Virus record (IMG/VR): IMGVR_UViG_2778261181_000003
DNA length: 25,108 nt
Strand: one strand, 5' to 3'
DNA from: a virus
Taxonomy: Duplodnaviria; Heunggongvirae; Uroviricota; Caudoviricetes
The position numbers and the translations under genes are program-made. The notes beneath the pieces are model-generated. The model made no database searches. It was not told the origin of the DNA and saw only the letters and a program-made list of their open reading frames with translations. Shown piece by piece: positions 8,206-16,557 of the stretch (its first letter is position 1; each line of letters begins with the position of its first letter).

Positions 8206-10065
8206 TTAGTGAGGGCTGGTTATTACGTAGTCGCTCTGGTCATCCTCTCCCAGCCTCTCAGGTATTAAATCGTTGAAGGAAATAGTATTACTCTTAGGTT
8301 TTTCTTCAATTGGAAGTTCAGCTACCCTTAATTTGAGCGGCATGGGGCAGACGATACCACTAAAAATACAGGTTCCTGTAGATAGCGTTGGAATCGACTC
8401 TTCAGTCAGTCGATCTATATATGATACTGATTTTTCAATTGCGTACAGATCATTCTGATTAATAAGGCGATGAATAAAATAATTGTGTGCTTGGGATATG
8501 ATTGTCGACGATATATCATTAGGGCGTTGACTGGAAATTGTGATAAAAACTCCAAATTTTCTCCCCTCCTTTATGATTTCCTCAAAAGTTTCCAGACGAT
8601 AATCTCTCCAACTTTCCGTTTCCCGAAAAGAAGTATTAGACAAAATATTGTGGGCTTCATCTATAATGATGTGCAGTGTAGATTTCTCTGTAGACATTTT
8701 CTTCATATTGTAAGCCCACTTGGCTATCAAAAGAGGAAGCGTTTTTTTCATGGTTATATTAACCATATTTAGATTCACAACCGTGAAATTATGTTCACCC
8801 CAAAAGTCAGACTGTCCGGAAGTATCAAATATTTTGGCTATATCTTTACGGTTAGCACTCATTCTATTTATAACTGGTGAAATATGTTCAGGGTTAGACT
8901 TGTTAGATAAATATTCCTGTATTAACTGTAAGTACATAAAGTCCAACAGTTCTTCAATCATATCAGTTTTAAATGAAAAATTGCTTGCAAGACTGAATAG
9001 ATAGGAGCGCTCAGTATCAGCTTCTGTATTGAAAATACTACCACCCCTCAATTTCCATTTATATGCAGTTGAATGATACTCAAGATCAGATATAAGTTCT
9101 GGGTCATCTTTGAAAATTGGGCTAAGAAACTGATTTATAGTATCGCATTTGGGTTTGTCGCTACTAAAGAGATTTTGTCTGACTTTTTTCTTCAGGATAT
9201 TGCGCATAAACTCAAGAGGATTATCAGCAGTCATCACTTTCTTGCGAAACTCAAGAACTCTCTTCAGGAAAGGTTTCTGTGTTTTGTCTGTTGCATCGGT
9301 TAGAACTGAGAGCATATCATGCTCAAGTAGAACCTCTCTGGGTAGAGGAAGTTTGTCACCATTTGCATGGTGCGTGTTGAGATTATAAACCGTCTTCTCG
9401 TCAGTAATACAGCGTGGGGCAGTATATTCTCCATTAAAGTCGAATAGAATAAATTTGCATCTTTCACTAAAGTGGTTGCCGAGAATATGTTTAACTTGGG
9501 CAATACCTGCTTTGTATAGCGCGGCTAGGGTATTTGACTTTCCGCTGCCTGTATTACCGAAAATGGCAATGTGGGAATTAATAAGACCATTGATTGGTAG
9601 TGCAATTTCAATATCTTCAAGATCTGTACGAGTAAACCTCATTACAGTTTCGTCTGCATCAGCTATCTGATGAACCGTCTGTATCATCTCTTCAGTTACC
9701 ACGAAGACTTCATTGCCGATGAGAGGTAGTTCACGCGAACCACCAATGAAGCAACCAGTACGATCAATGTAACCCGTAAGAGTAGAGGTCAGGTATCGCC
9801 GATATCGCCAGGCATCACTGCCGCTCCCAGCGAGATGTTTTTCCTCAATGATTCGTTCCGCTTCAACCTTGCCGATCAGGCTCATGAAACCTTTTTTGAT
9901 CTCAATGAAGCTACCCACTGATACATTTCTTAGAACTTTTCCCTGATAAAACAAGTCACTGAGATTTTTGTTTTTATCGACCAAAATTGTCACAGCGCGT
10001 CCAGAAACCTCACAGACTTCGCCTATACGGAGCACCGCTTCCTCTTCAGTAAAATGCCTGCTCAT
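8206..10065 (-). CDS. HerA-like ATPase (FtsK/HerA superfamily), partner of SIR2 in a SIR2-HerA anti-phage system
   Basis: Walker A GNTGSGKSNT and Walker B HIIIDEAHNI in the translation; ATG at 10063-10065 overlaps the SIR2 stop (ATGA) with GGGAGG RBS; AT-rich relative to the phage backbone. Confidence 0.8.
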   Translation of the reverse strand: MSRHFTEEEAVLRIGEVCEVSGRAVTILVDKNKNLSDLFYQGKVLRNVSVGSFIEIKKGFMSLIGKVEAERIIEEKHLAGSGSDAWRYRRYLTSTLTGYIDRTGCFIGGSRELPLIGNEVFVVTEEMIQTVHQIADADETVMRFTRTDLEDIEIALPINGLINSHIAIFGNTGSGKSNTLAALYKAGIAQVKHILGNHFSERCKFILFDFNGEYTAPRCITDEKTVYNLNTHHANGDKLPLPREVLLEHDMLSVLTDATDKTQKPFLKRVLEFRKKVMTADNPLEFMRNILKKKVRQNLFSSDKPKCDTINQFLSPIFKDDPELISDLEYHSTAYKWKLRGGSIFNTEADTERSYLFSLASNFSFKTDMIEELLDFMYLQLIQEYLSNKSNPEHISPVINRMSANRKDIAKIFDTSGQSDFWGEHNFTVVNLNMVNITMKKTLPLLIAKWAYNMKKMSTEKSTLHIIIDEAHNILSNTSFRETESWRDYRLETFEEIIKEGRKFGVFITISSQRPNDISSTIISQAHNYFIHRLINQNDLYAIEKSVSYIDRLTEESIPTLSTGTCIFSGIVCPMPLKLRVAELPIEEKPKSNTISFNDLIPERLGEDDQSDYVITSPH

Positions 10066-11105
10066 CTCGAGCCTCCCAGATAGCACGTGATAATGTTATT
10101 CATTACCGGAAAATCAACATTTCTTCCCGGCCGATAAATAATCTCTACGTTTGAGTAATCCCGAAATTTCTCCATAAAGCCGTTAACACTGGCCTCATCG
10201 AAAGCAAAGATCAGTAGCTTCAGGGTGGCGTTGCGCAGGGCTTTTTTAGTTATCGTTTCAATGTGCTCATCAGCAAACGAGAACCCAAAGACAATTAGTA
10301 AAGTTGCTTCTTTATCAAGCTCGTTGGAATAGGTTCTCAGTAAATCATAATAAACGTTCTGTAGTAGAGTCTCTTTAAACTTCTCCTTACGTGGAAGAAT
10401 AAGTGCATGAGCAAGTACCCATCCTTTCATTTCGGCTAGGGTGGGAAAGTCAAGCGGCTTAATATCTGCAATACGATAAATGATTTTCCCTTTAGAATGC
10501 TGCCAAGAGAGCGAACCATGAAGTTTTATAAGGTTAACAGTAGGAAGCTCAACTTTATAATTATACAGATTTCCGGTTGCACTTACAGAATGATTAAAGC
10601 TACCCGCATCAAATTCCGCATCTCCCAAAATACTTGCTCTTCTATTGAATCCATCATTAAAAAGAATATTGTTATTACGTGTGGCAGCTTCTTCGATGAA
10701 TAAATCATAATTAGTTGTAAAAACGTTAATACGCCTCGGAAGTAGGCCAGTTCGGCGGCGGGTCAGTATCTTTTCCAGTGAAGACATAAATGCATCATAA
10801 TTTGCACGGGTACATTCCAAATCGGTGATCACCTGAGGTGCGAAGGGGGTGCCGTAGCCGCGCTTCAACATGCATTCATGAGGTAGCCAAACATCTGACA
10901 AAAAGTCAGCTGCCATCCTTAAGTATTCATCTTCCTGTTCATCATTAATAAGCTGCTGAAGATCCGTTTCGATTGTCCCCAGTACTTTAATCGCTGGGAG
11001 GGATGCACCTGATCCGATGAGAAAGTTAATGTTAGCTGACTGAAATATCCGCTCTAAGTAGTCTCGGTCACTATCGTTACCGTAGTATGCGCGCTTGACT
11101 GCCAT
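10062..11105 (-). CDS. SIR2-domain protein (predicted NADase effector) of a SIR2-HerA anti-phage system
   Basis: Translation shows glycine-rich NAD-binding loop FLIGSGAS, the SIR2 TNYD motif (VFTTNYD) and a downstream KLHGS histidine; ATG at 11103-11105 with AAGGA RBS; immediately upstream of and coupled to the HerA gene. Confidence 0.8.
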   Translation of the reverse strand: MAVKRAYYGNDSDRDYLERIFQSANINFLIGSGASLPAIKVLGTIETDLQQLINDEQEDEYLRMAADFLSDVWLPHECMLKRGYGTPFAPQVITDLECTRANYDAFMSSLEKILTRRRTGLLPRRINVFTTNYDLFIEEAATRNNNILFNDGFNRRASILGDAEFDAGSFNHSVSATGNLYNYKVELPTVNLIKLHGSLSWQHSKGKIIYRIADIKPLDFPTLAEMKGWVLAHALILPRKEKFKETLLQNVYYDLLRTYSNELDKEATLLIVFGFSFADEHIETITKKALRNATLKLLIFAFDEASVNGFMEKFRDYSNVEIIYRPGRNVDFPVMNNIITCYLGGSR

Positions 11106-11529
11106 CTTATCCTTCCACAAAACATTGGATTAGTCTGTAATTTATTTAATCTTAACGCCGAGCTCAATACTTTAACATCACTTCTTCTGGCGATTGCTAT
11201 GAGCCCTTCTTGATAAAAAGTTCGATCGGGAAACTGATCCTTTATGCCACAAGTTTTCTAGCTATCCTCAAAAAATTGGTGTTAAAACTGTGCCAACAAA
11301 GTTGCAAGGTTCGCTTCTCGCTCACAGCGAACTTTCATCTTTGTAAACCCGTATGATTCGCTTTTCAGCAGTCATTCAGATACGGATTTACGCTTCCCTT
11401 GGCAGCGCATGACTATGACGCATGAGATCGCATGATCGTTTGAGGATCGTTTTTGCTGAAGTCAGCCAGAACTGGCGTGCTTTTGCTTATGTCATGCAGG
11501 TGCATGAAAACCACTACATAAAGCGGGCA

Positions 11530-11549
11530 GGCGTGGCGGGGATACGAGC
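11530..11549. other. Candidate cos (cohesive-end) site of the P2/186-type phage
   Basis: GGCGTGGCGGGGATACGAGC: the first 13 nt match the 186 cos overhang as I recall it (GGCGTGGCGGGGAAAGCAT; P2 GGCGAGGCGGGGAAAGCAC). Lies in the non-coding gap between the right-end cargo and the portal side, where cos is expected in a prophage. Confidence 0.4.
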
Positions 11550-11674
11550 GCGCGCTTAAGGATAAATTGAAGTTGATTTAATTTTTCGACATGGATAATC
11601 TTAACTACGTATGATTATTGATAAAAAATAAACATAAACAATTGTAGCGGATCTTAAAACTTATTAGGATTAGT

Positions 11675-12736
11675 ATGCTTAAAACAAATAAGGTATTTAT
11701 TGACACACAAACGTACGTAAAGGCTGGTCTTCATTTTGAGGGGGTAGCATTTAAAGCTTTCCATGAATTATGTGCGAAAGGTGATTTAGTCTTAATTACA
11801 ACTACAGTTGTAGAGAGAGAAGTAAAAGGTAAAATAGAGGAATCAATAAAGGATGCTCTGCAGGCTATAAACACAGTACAAAGAAAAGCTAGGCTTTTGA
11901 ATAGTATTGATAATGGACCGCTCCATGGTTTTTTTCAGCAATTTAACGAACATGAAATTCACGAAGCAGCACAAAAAGTTTTTGATGATTTTTTGAAAGG
12001 ATGTCACGCCAAATTAGCTACAATAGAAGTGATAGATCTTAATGAGGTTTTAGATAAATACTTTGGCAAAGAACCACCATTTGGGCAAAATAAGAAAAAA
12101 AGTGAGTTTCCTGATGCAATCACTTTAGCTGCGGTAGAGCGATTTGTTAATGATGAAGATGTGTATATCATTTCTGAGGATAGTGACTTAAAAAATTATT
12201 GTGATGGTAAAAACAATCTTCATCAAATTGATTCACTTGATAAGTTTCTAGGTGAATACAATACGCATACAAACGAATTAAGTAATAAATTGATGCAGTT
12301 TATCGAAAGCAAACGTGAAGACATAAGAGCGGACGTAATTGCCCAACTCAATGATGCCGATGGATATAACGTTTCAACTTGGGAAGACGCTGAATTGGAT
12401 TCATTTGAAGTCGTCAATATTGATGACTTTGAACCATCAATAATTAAGATTGACAATAATTATTGTCTAGCGACCTTCTCTGTTTCTGTAGATTTTGAAG
12501 TTACTGTTTCTGGTCCAGACTTTAATAATGGGTATTGGGATAGCGAAGATAAAGTAATGATTCCAATGGAGACAACCACACGAACTGAAGTTCAAGAGAT
12601 TAGTTTCGATATTGAAATTGAAGTTATGTATGAAATCGAGGATGGTGAATTAACAGATATCGCATTTGATGTGAATATTGATAAGTTATCCCGAGGGATT
12701 GAGTTCTCTATTGAAGAAAATAATTTTGAATATTAA
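11675..12736 (+). CDS. PIN-like nuclease-domain protein with acidic C-terminal domain of unknown function (353 aa); candidate defence or abortive-infection gene
   Basis: N-terminal half has a PIN-type acidic-residue pattern (KVFIDTQTY, VVEREV, EFPDAITLAAVERF, VYIISEDSDL); C-terminal about 170 aa is D/E-rich and beta-like; very AT-rich gene with its own 550-bp upstream region and a strong downstream terminator. Confidence 0.7.
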   Translation: MLKTNKVFIDTQTYVKAGLHFEGVAFKAFHELCAKGDLVLITTTVVEREVKGKIEESIKDALQAINTVQRKARLLNSIDNGPLHGFFQQFNEHEIHEAAQKVFDDFLKGCHAKLATIEVIDLNEVLDKYFGKEPPFGQNKKKSEFPDAITLAAVERFVNDEDVYIISEDSDLKNYCDGKNNLHQIDSLDKFLGEYNTHTNELSNKLMQFIESKREDIRADVIAQLNDADGYNVSTWEDAELDSFEVVNIDDFEPSIIKIDNNYCLATFSVSVDFEVTVSGPDFNNGYWDSEDKVMIPMETTTRTEVQEISFDIEIEVMYEIEDGELTDIAFDVNIDKLSRGIEFSIEENNFEY

Positions 12737-12745
12737 TTCGTTCAT

Positions 12746-12777
12746 AACGGCATCATTGTGATGCCGTTGGGTTTTAT
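12746..12777 (+). terminator. Rho-independent terminator after the PIN-like gene
   Basis: Perfect 10-bp stem AACGGCATCA / TGATGCCGTT with 3-nt loop, followed by GGGTTTTAT; overlaps the stop codon of the convergent portal gene. Confidence 0.6.
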
Positions 12778-13799
12778 AATGTATATATTTCAAAATTTAT
12801 AATTTCATGACCAAGCCATCTGTTTATTTCCATGAATCTTTTTTGAAGTGGTAATAGTTCATTTCTTACGAAGACGCAGCTCGCCTTCTCCACATCACCA
12901 AAACCCCCAACATTATTCGGCAAAATTCCCATCATCTGAGGCGGTACGCGGTGTGCCGCCATCATGTCATCACGGCTGACGTTCTTGATGTTCAGAAATT
13001 CATCCTTCGCCGCGACTTCTGACAACGGGATGATCTGAAGCCCGTCCTTTTTGCCGTTAGGCGAGTACATAAACAGGTTGCGGAAGTTGCCAGGGCCTTT
13101 GGCGCTTTTCATCGCATTGCGGAGGTTGTTCACATCCTCCTGGTTCTGCGCGGCATCGGTCATGTACATGATGAAGCCTGCATGGCTGCCGTTAATGTAA
13201 TACTTCCGGCGGAACAGCGTGGCGGACTCGTTGAGCAGGGCTGACGGAATGGCAGAAAGATAACCTGGTAGGCCGTAGATCTCCTGGTTGATGTCAGGTT
13301 CCATCAGATGAAAAATGCTGCCTTTCGTGAACTGATACGGCTGGGTTGTCATACCGTATTGCACAAACCAGTAGGTATCCAGGTCTAACCCGCGTCGGGT
13401 GTATTTTGCCAGAGCAGGCTCAAGGGCGATAACTTCACCGAAGCGGTTCGTGCGTTTCTCCAGGTAGGCGTTACCAAATACCAGATAGTCCTGCACAAAA
13501 CGTGAAAAAGCCTGCTGGCTGAGCAGCGGGTGAGGGATGTAGGTACTGGTCAGAATGTTGCATTTCACCGCAATTGGTGAGCTGTGATGCACGGCGGCGC
13601 GGAAGGTTCGTGCCAGTCCGTCAAAGCTGACGGGCGGCTCATACCAGCGATCCATCTGTACGCATTCCACATAGTCCAGCAGTTCACGGCGGTCCAGAAC
13701 AGGAACGGGATCGCCAAAGCTGAATGCTTCGGCTGAAGTTTGGCTTTTATGCTTGAGCTGATTCGTCGCCGCAGCGCGGTTTTTCTTACTCTTTCCCAT
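12774..13799 (-). CDS. Q: Portal protein (P2 gpQ-like)
   Basis: 341 aa from ATG 13797-13799, which overlaps the terminase stop (ATGA); size and position match P2 Q, transcribed leftward after P toward cos. Confidence 0.85.
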   Translation of the reverse strand: MGKSKKNRAAATNQLKHKSQTSAEAFSFGDPVPVLDRRELLDYVECVQMDRWYEPPVSFDGLARTFRAAVHHSSPIAVKCNILTSTYIPHPLLSQQAFSRFVQDYLVFGNAYLEKRTNRFGEVIALEPALAKYTRRGLDLDTYWFVQYGMTTQPYQFTKGSIFHLMEPDINQEIYGLPGYLSAIPSALLNESATLFRRKYYINGSHAGFIMYMTDAAQNQEDVNNLRNAMKSAKGPGNFRNLFMYSPNGKKDGLQIIPLSEVAAKDEFLNIKNVSRDDMMAAHRVPPQMMGILPNNVGGFGDVEKASCVFVRNELLPLQKRFMEINRWLGHEIINFEIYTL

Positions 13800-15565
13800 C
13801 AAAAAATCTCCACAATATTGCTGGTATTGGCGGACTCGCCCTGCAGCGGTTCATTAAACAGTGCGTGCATTGTTGCCCAGGCCAGATCGGCGTGGCTGGC
13901 TTCTTCGCTGCGGCTGGCTTCATAGGTCGGGCGGTTGCCGCTGGCAGTGGTGGCGCGACGGATTGCCATAAAGGACTGCGCTATGTCGGTGTGCCCTGCG
14001 TCAAACTCCAGGCGGCGGTGGCTAATAATGTCGTAGGCCTTGAGTACCAGGGCGTTTTTAACGTTGGGGTTGTAGACAAACTCCCGGACGGCAGGAAAAA
14101 ACGCTTTCACGTTCTCGTAAACCCCGTGACCGACGCCGGTTGAGTCGATACCGATGTATGTCACGTTGTACTGTTCGGTCAGTTTTTTGATGGCGTCAGC
14201 CTGGGCGCGGAAGTCCATCCCGCGCCACTGGTGACGTTCAAGAATGCGAAACTTACCGCCTGGCACGGCTGGCGGTGCCACCACCACGCATCCGGCGCTG
14301 TCGCCGTTCTGCGTACCTTTTGCCGGGTCATAACCGATCCACACTTCGCGCCAGCCAAACGGGCGCAGGGCCAGTGCATGAAAGTCGCTCCAGACTTCCC
14401 AACTGTCCACCATGCACGCCTGCAGCTCGCTGAGCGGGAACACGGACGCGAGATCGTCCACAAACTCGCACATCAGCAGGTTCTGGTATTCGTCCGGGCT
14501 GTACTCCATGCGCAACTGATCGAGGTCGAAAAGGTTACATCCGCCGCGCACTGCATCTTCCACGGTGACTATCTGGCGGTATTGCCCGTCTGCGCACAGC
14601 AGGCCGGGGGCCAGATTGCTGTGGGACAGGTCGATGTCCACCTTATCGGCTTTGTTGCGCCCACGGTTGAACAGCGCACCAGACCAGAACGGATAAGCAC
14701 TGTGTGTCAGGCTGGATGGCGTGGAAAAATAGGTTTGTCGCCATTTTTTGTGAATAGCCATACCGGAAGCCACTTTGCGCAGCTCCTGGAATTTCGGTAT
14801 CCAGAAATATTCATCCAGATACAGGTTGCCGTGATAACTCTGGGCAGTGCGGGCATTGGTGCCGAGGAAGTAAAGCGTGGCCCCGTTAGGAAGCACCATC
14901 GGATCGCCTTTCAGCTCCACCTCGACTTCTTTGGCGAAGTCGATGATGTATTGCTTAAAGACGTGAGCCTGTGCCTTACTGGCAGAAAGGAAAATCTGGT
15001 TACGTCCGGTAAGCAGGGCGTCAATCAGGGCTTCACGGGCAAAGTAAAAGGTCGCGCCGATCTGGCGTGACTTCAGCAGATTACGGATGCGGTTGGTTTT
15101 TCCAGCTTCCCACCAGTGGCGCTGGTAGTTGAACATGGAGGAATGGAAGATTTCTTCCAGCTTCTCAATCTGTTCATCGGTGAAAACATTCTTTTCCGGC
15201 TGACGGCGCGGCCCTTTGTTGCGGTTGGCGACGTTAGGGTTTAAGTCGGCTTCGTTGCCGCCATTGTTAAACTTGCCGATCCGCGCGTGGCGCTCCGACT
15301 GGCGTGCCAGCAGGTCAATTTCTTTGAAATCTTTCCCTTCTTTGTGCTCCTTCATAATGAGCTGGCAATAGCGTGCGGCGGTGGTGAGCTGCATCTGATC
15401 CAGCGGCCCATAGTCACCCCACTTGTCGCGTTTTTTCCAGCTGTGAACGGTTGCAACTTTCTCGCCCAGCATTTCAGCAATGCGGGCTACGCGGTATCCC
15501 TGAAAGTACAGCAGCATGGCCTGCCGACGGGGATCGAGATCTGCGGGTGTCAGTGTGGTGTTCAT
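13799..15565 (-). CDS. P: Terminase large (ATPase) subunit (P2 gpP-like)
   Basis: 588 aa (P2 P is about 590); ATG at 15563-15565; divergent from the O gene as in P2. Confidence 0.9.
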   Translation of the reverse strand: MNTTLTPADLDPRRQAMLLYFQGYRVARIAEMLGEKVATVHSWKKRDKWGDYGPLDQMQLTTAARYCQLIMKEHKEGKDFKEIDLLARQSERHARIGKFNNGGNEADLNPNVANRNKGPRRQPEKNVFTDEQIEKLEEIFHSSMFNYQRHWWEAGKTNRIRNLLKSRQIGATFYFAREALIDALLTGRNQIFLSASKAQAHVFKQYIIDFAKEVEVELKGDPMVLPNGATLYFLGTNARTAQSYHGNLYLDEYFWIPKFQELRKVASGMAIHKKWRQTYFSTPSSLTHSAYPFWSGALFNRGRNKADKVDIDLSHSNLAPGLLCADGQYRQIVTVEDAVRGGCNLFDLDQLRMEYSPDEYQNLLMCEFVDDLASVFPLSELQACMVDSWEVWSDFHALALRPFGWREVWIGYDPAKGTQNGDSAGCVVVAPPAVPGGKFRILERHQWRGMDFRAQADAIKKLTEQYNVTYIGIDSTGVGHGVYENVKAFFPAVREFVYNPNVKNALVLKAYDIISHRRLEFDAGHTDIAQSFMAIRRATTASGNRPTYEASRSEEASHADLAWATMHALFNEPLQGESANTSNIVEIF

Positions 15566-15611
15566 GGCACAAACCTACAGTCTTGAATGAAGGCTTTCCC
15601 CGCCTGCGGTT

Positions 15612-15629
15612 TGTGTGGTTGTCGGTACA
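15612..15629. promoter_or_regulatory. Candidate late-activator (Ogr/B-type) binding site TGT-N12-ACA in the P/O divergent late promoter region
   Basis: TGTgtggttgtcggtACA lies about 80 bp upstream of the O start codon in the 142-bp P-O intergenic region; P2-family late promoters carry a TGT-N12-ACA element near -55. Confidence 0.4.
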
Positions 15630-15707
15630 AATACCGCGCATTGTTTCACTGCCCTCATCACCGCAACCATAAGGCTCCAGTAAGTTTTTTCTAACGGAGC
15701 ACGGCTC

Positions 15708-16541
15708 ATGACAGTGAAAGCAAAGCGTTTTCGCATCGGGGTGGAAGGTGCCACCACCGACGGACGCGAAATCCAGCGTGAATGGCTGGAACAGATGGCA
15801 GCCAGCTACAACCCCGCAGTGTATACCGCGCTGATTAACCTTGAGCACATCAAGTCTTATCTGCCGGACAGCACCTTTAACCGCTACGGCAAGGTGACGG
15901 CGCTGTTTGCTGAAGAAATCACGGAAGGCCCGCTGGCAGGCAAGATGGCGCTGTATGCCGACGTTGAGCCAACGGAGTCCCTGGTGGAGCTGGTGAAAAA
16001 AGGCCAGAAATTATTCACCTCTATGGAAGTCAGCCCGAAGTTCGCTGATACGGGCAAAGCCTACCTGGTTGGCCTGGCTGCCACTGATGATCCAGCCAGT
16101 CTGGGTACGGAAATGCTGACATTCAGCGCCAGTGCAGCCCATAACCCGTTGGCAAACCGCAAGCAGAATCCCGCCAATCTTTTTACCGCTGCAGAGGAAA
16201 CGGTGATCGAACTGGAAGAAGTCCAGGATGACAAACCATCCCTGTTTGCCCGCGTCACGGCGCTGTTCACCAAAAAAGAGCAGTCAGACGATGCCCGGTT
16301 CTCTGATGTGCATAAGGCCGTGGAGCTGGTCGCCACTGAGCAGCAGAACCTGAGCACACGCACCGAAAAATCCCTGGCTGAACAGGAAGAACGCCTGTCT
16401 GAGCTGGAGACTGCTCTGCAGGAGCAGCAAACCGCCTTTAAAGAACTGGTGAATAAGCTGAGTCATGAAGACAGCCGCCAGGACTACCGCCAGCGTGCAA
16501 CAGGCGGTAACGCCCCCGCTGACACTCTGACCAATTGCTGA
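15708..16541 (+). CDS. O: Capsid scaffolding protein (P2 gpO-like)
   Basis: 277 aa (P2 O about 284), first gene of the rightward late operon, immediately followed by the major capsid gene. Confidence 0.85.
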   Translation: MTVKAKRFRIGVEGATTDGREIQREWLEQMAASYNPAVYTALINLEHIKSYLPDSTFNRYGKVTALFAEEITEGPLAGKMALYADVEPTESLVELVKKGQKLFTSMEVSPKFADTGKAYLVGLAATDDPASLGTEMLTFSASAAHNPLANRKQNPANLFTAAEETVIELEEVQDDKPSLFARVTALFTKKEQSDDARFSDVHKAVELVATEQQNLSTRTEKSLAEQEERLSELETALQEQQTAFKELVNKLSHEDSRQDYRQRATGGNAPADTLTNC

Positions 16542-16557
16542 TGGAGCACAAAACCTG

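Noticed and set aside
8273-9670. Several short plus-strand ORFs (61-100 aa) inside the HerA gene
   Set aside because: Antisense to a long ORF with clear Walker A and B motifs; AT-rich DNA throws up short chance ORFs.
11121-11674. Possible small RNA or additional gene in the 550-bp gap between SIR2 and the PIN-like gene
   Set aside because: No ORF with a credible RBS and no stable extended secondary structure noticed by eye; the gap is better explained by the cos region plus promoters for the two flanking cargo genes.
14231-15070. 279-aa plus-strand ORF inside the terminase large-subunit gene
   Set aside because: Lies entirely antisense to a well-supported gene in GC-rich DNA; the translation is Arg/Ala/His-rich with no recognisable motifs or RBS. 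Shadow ORF.
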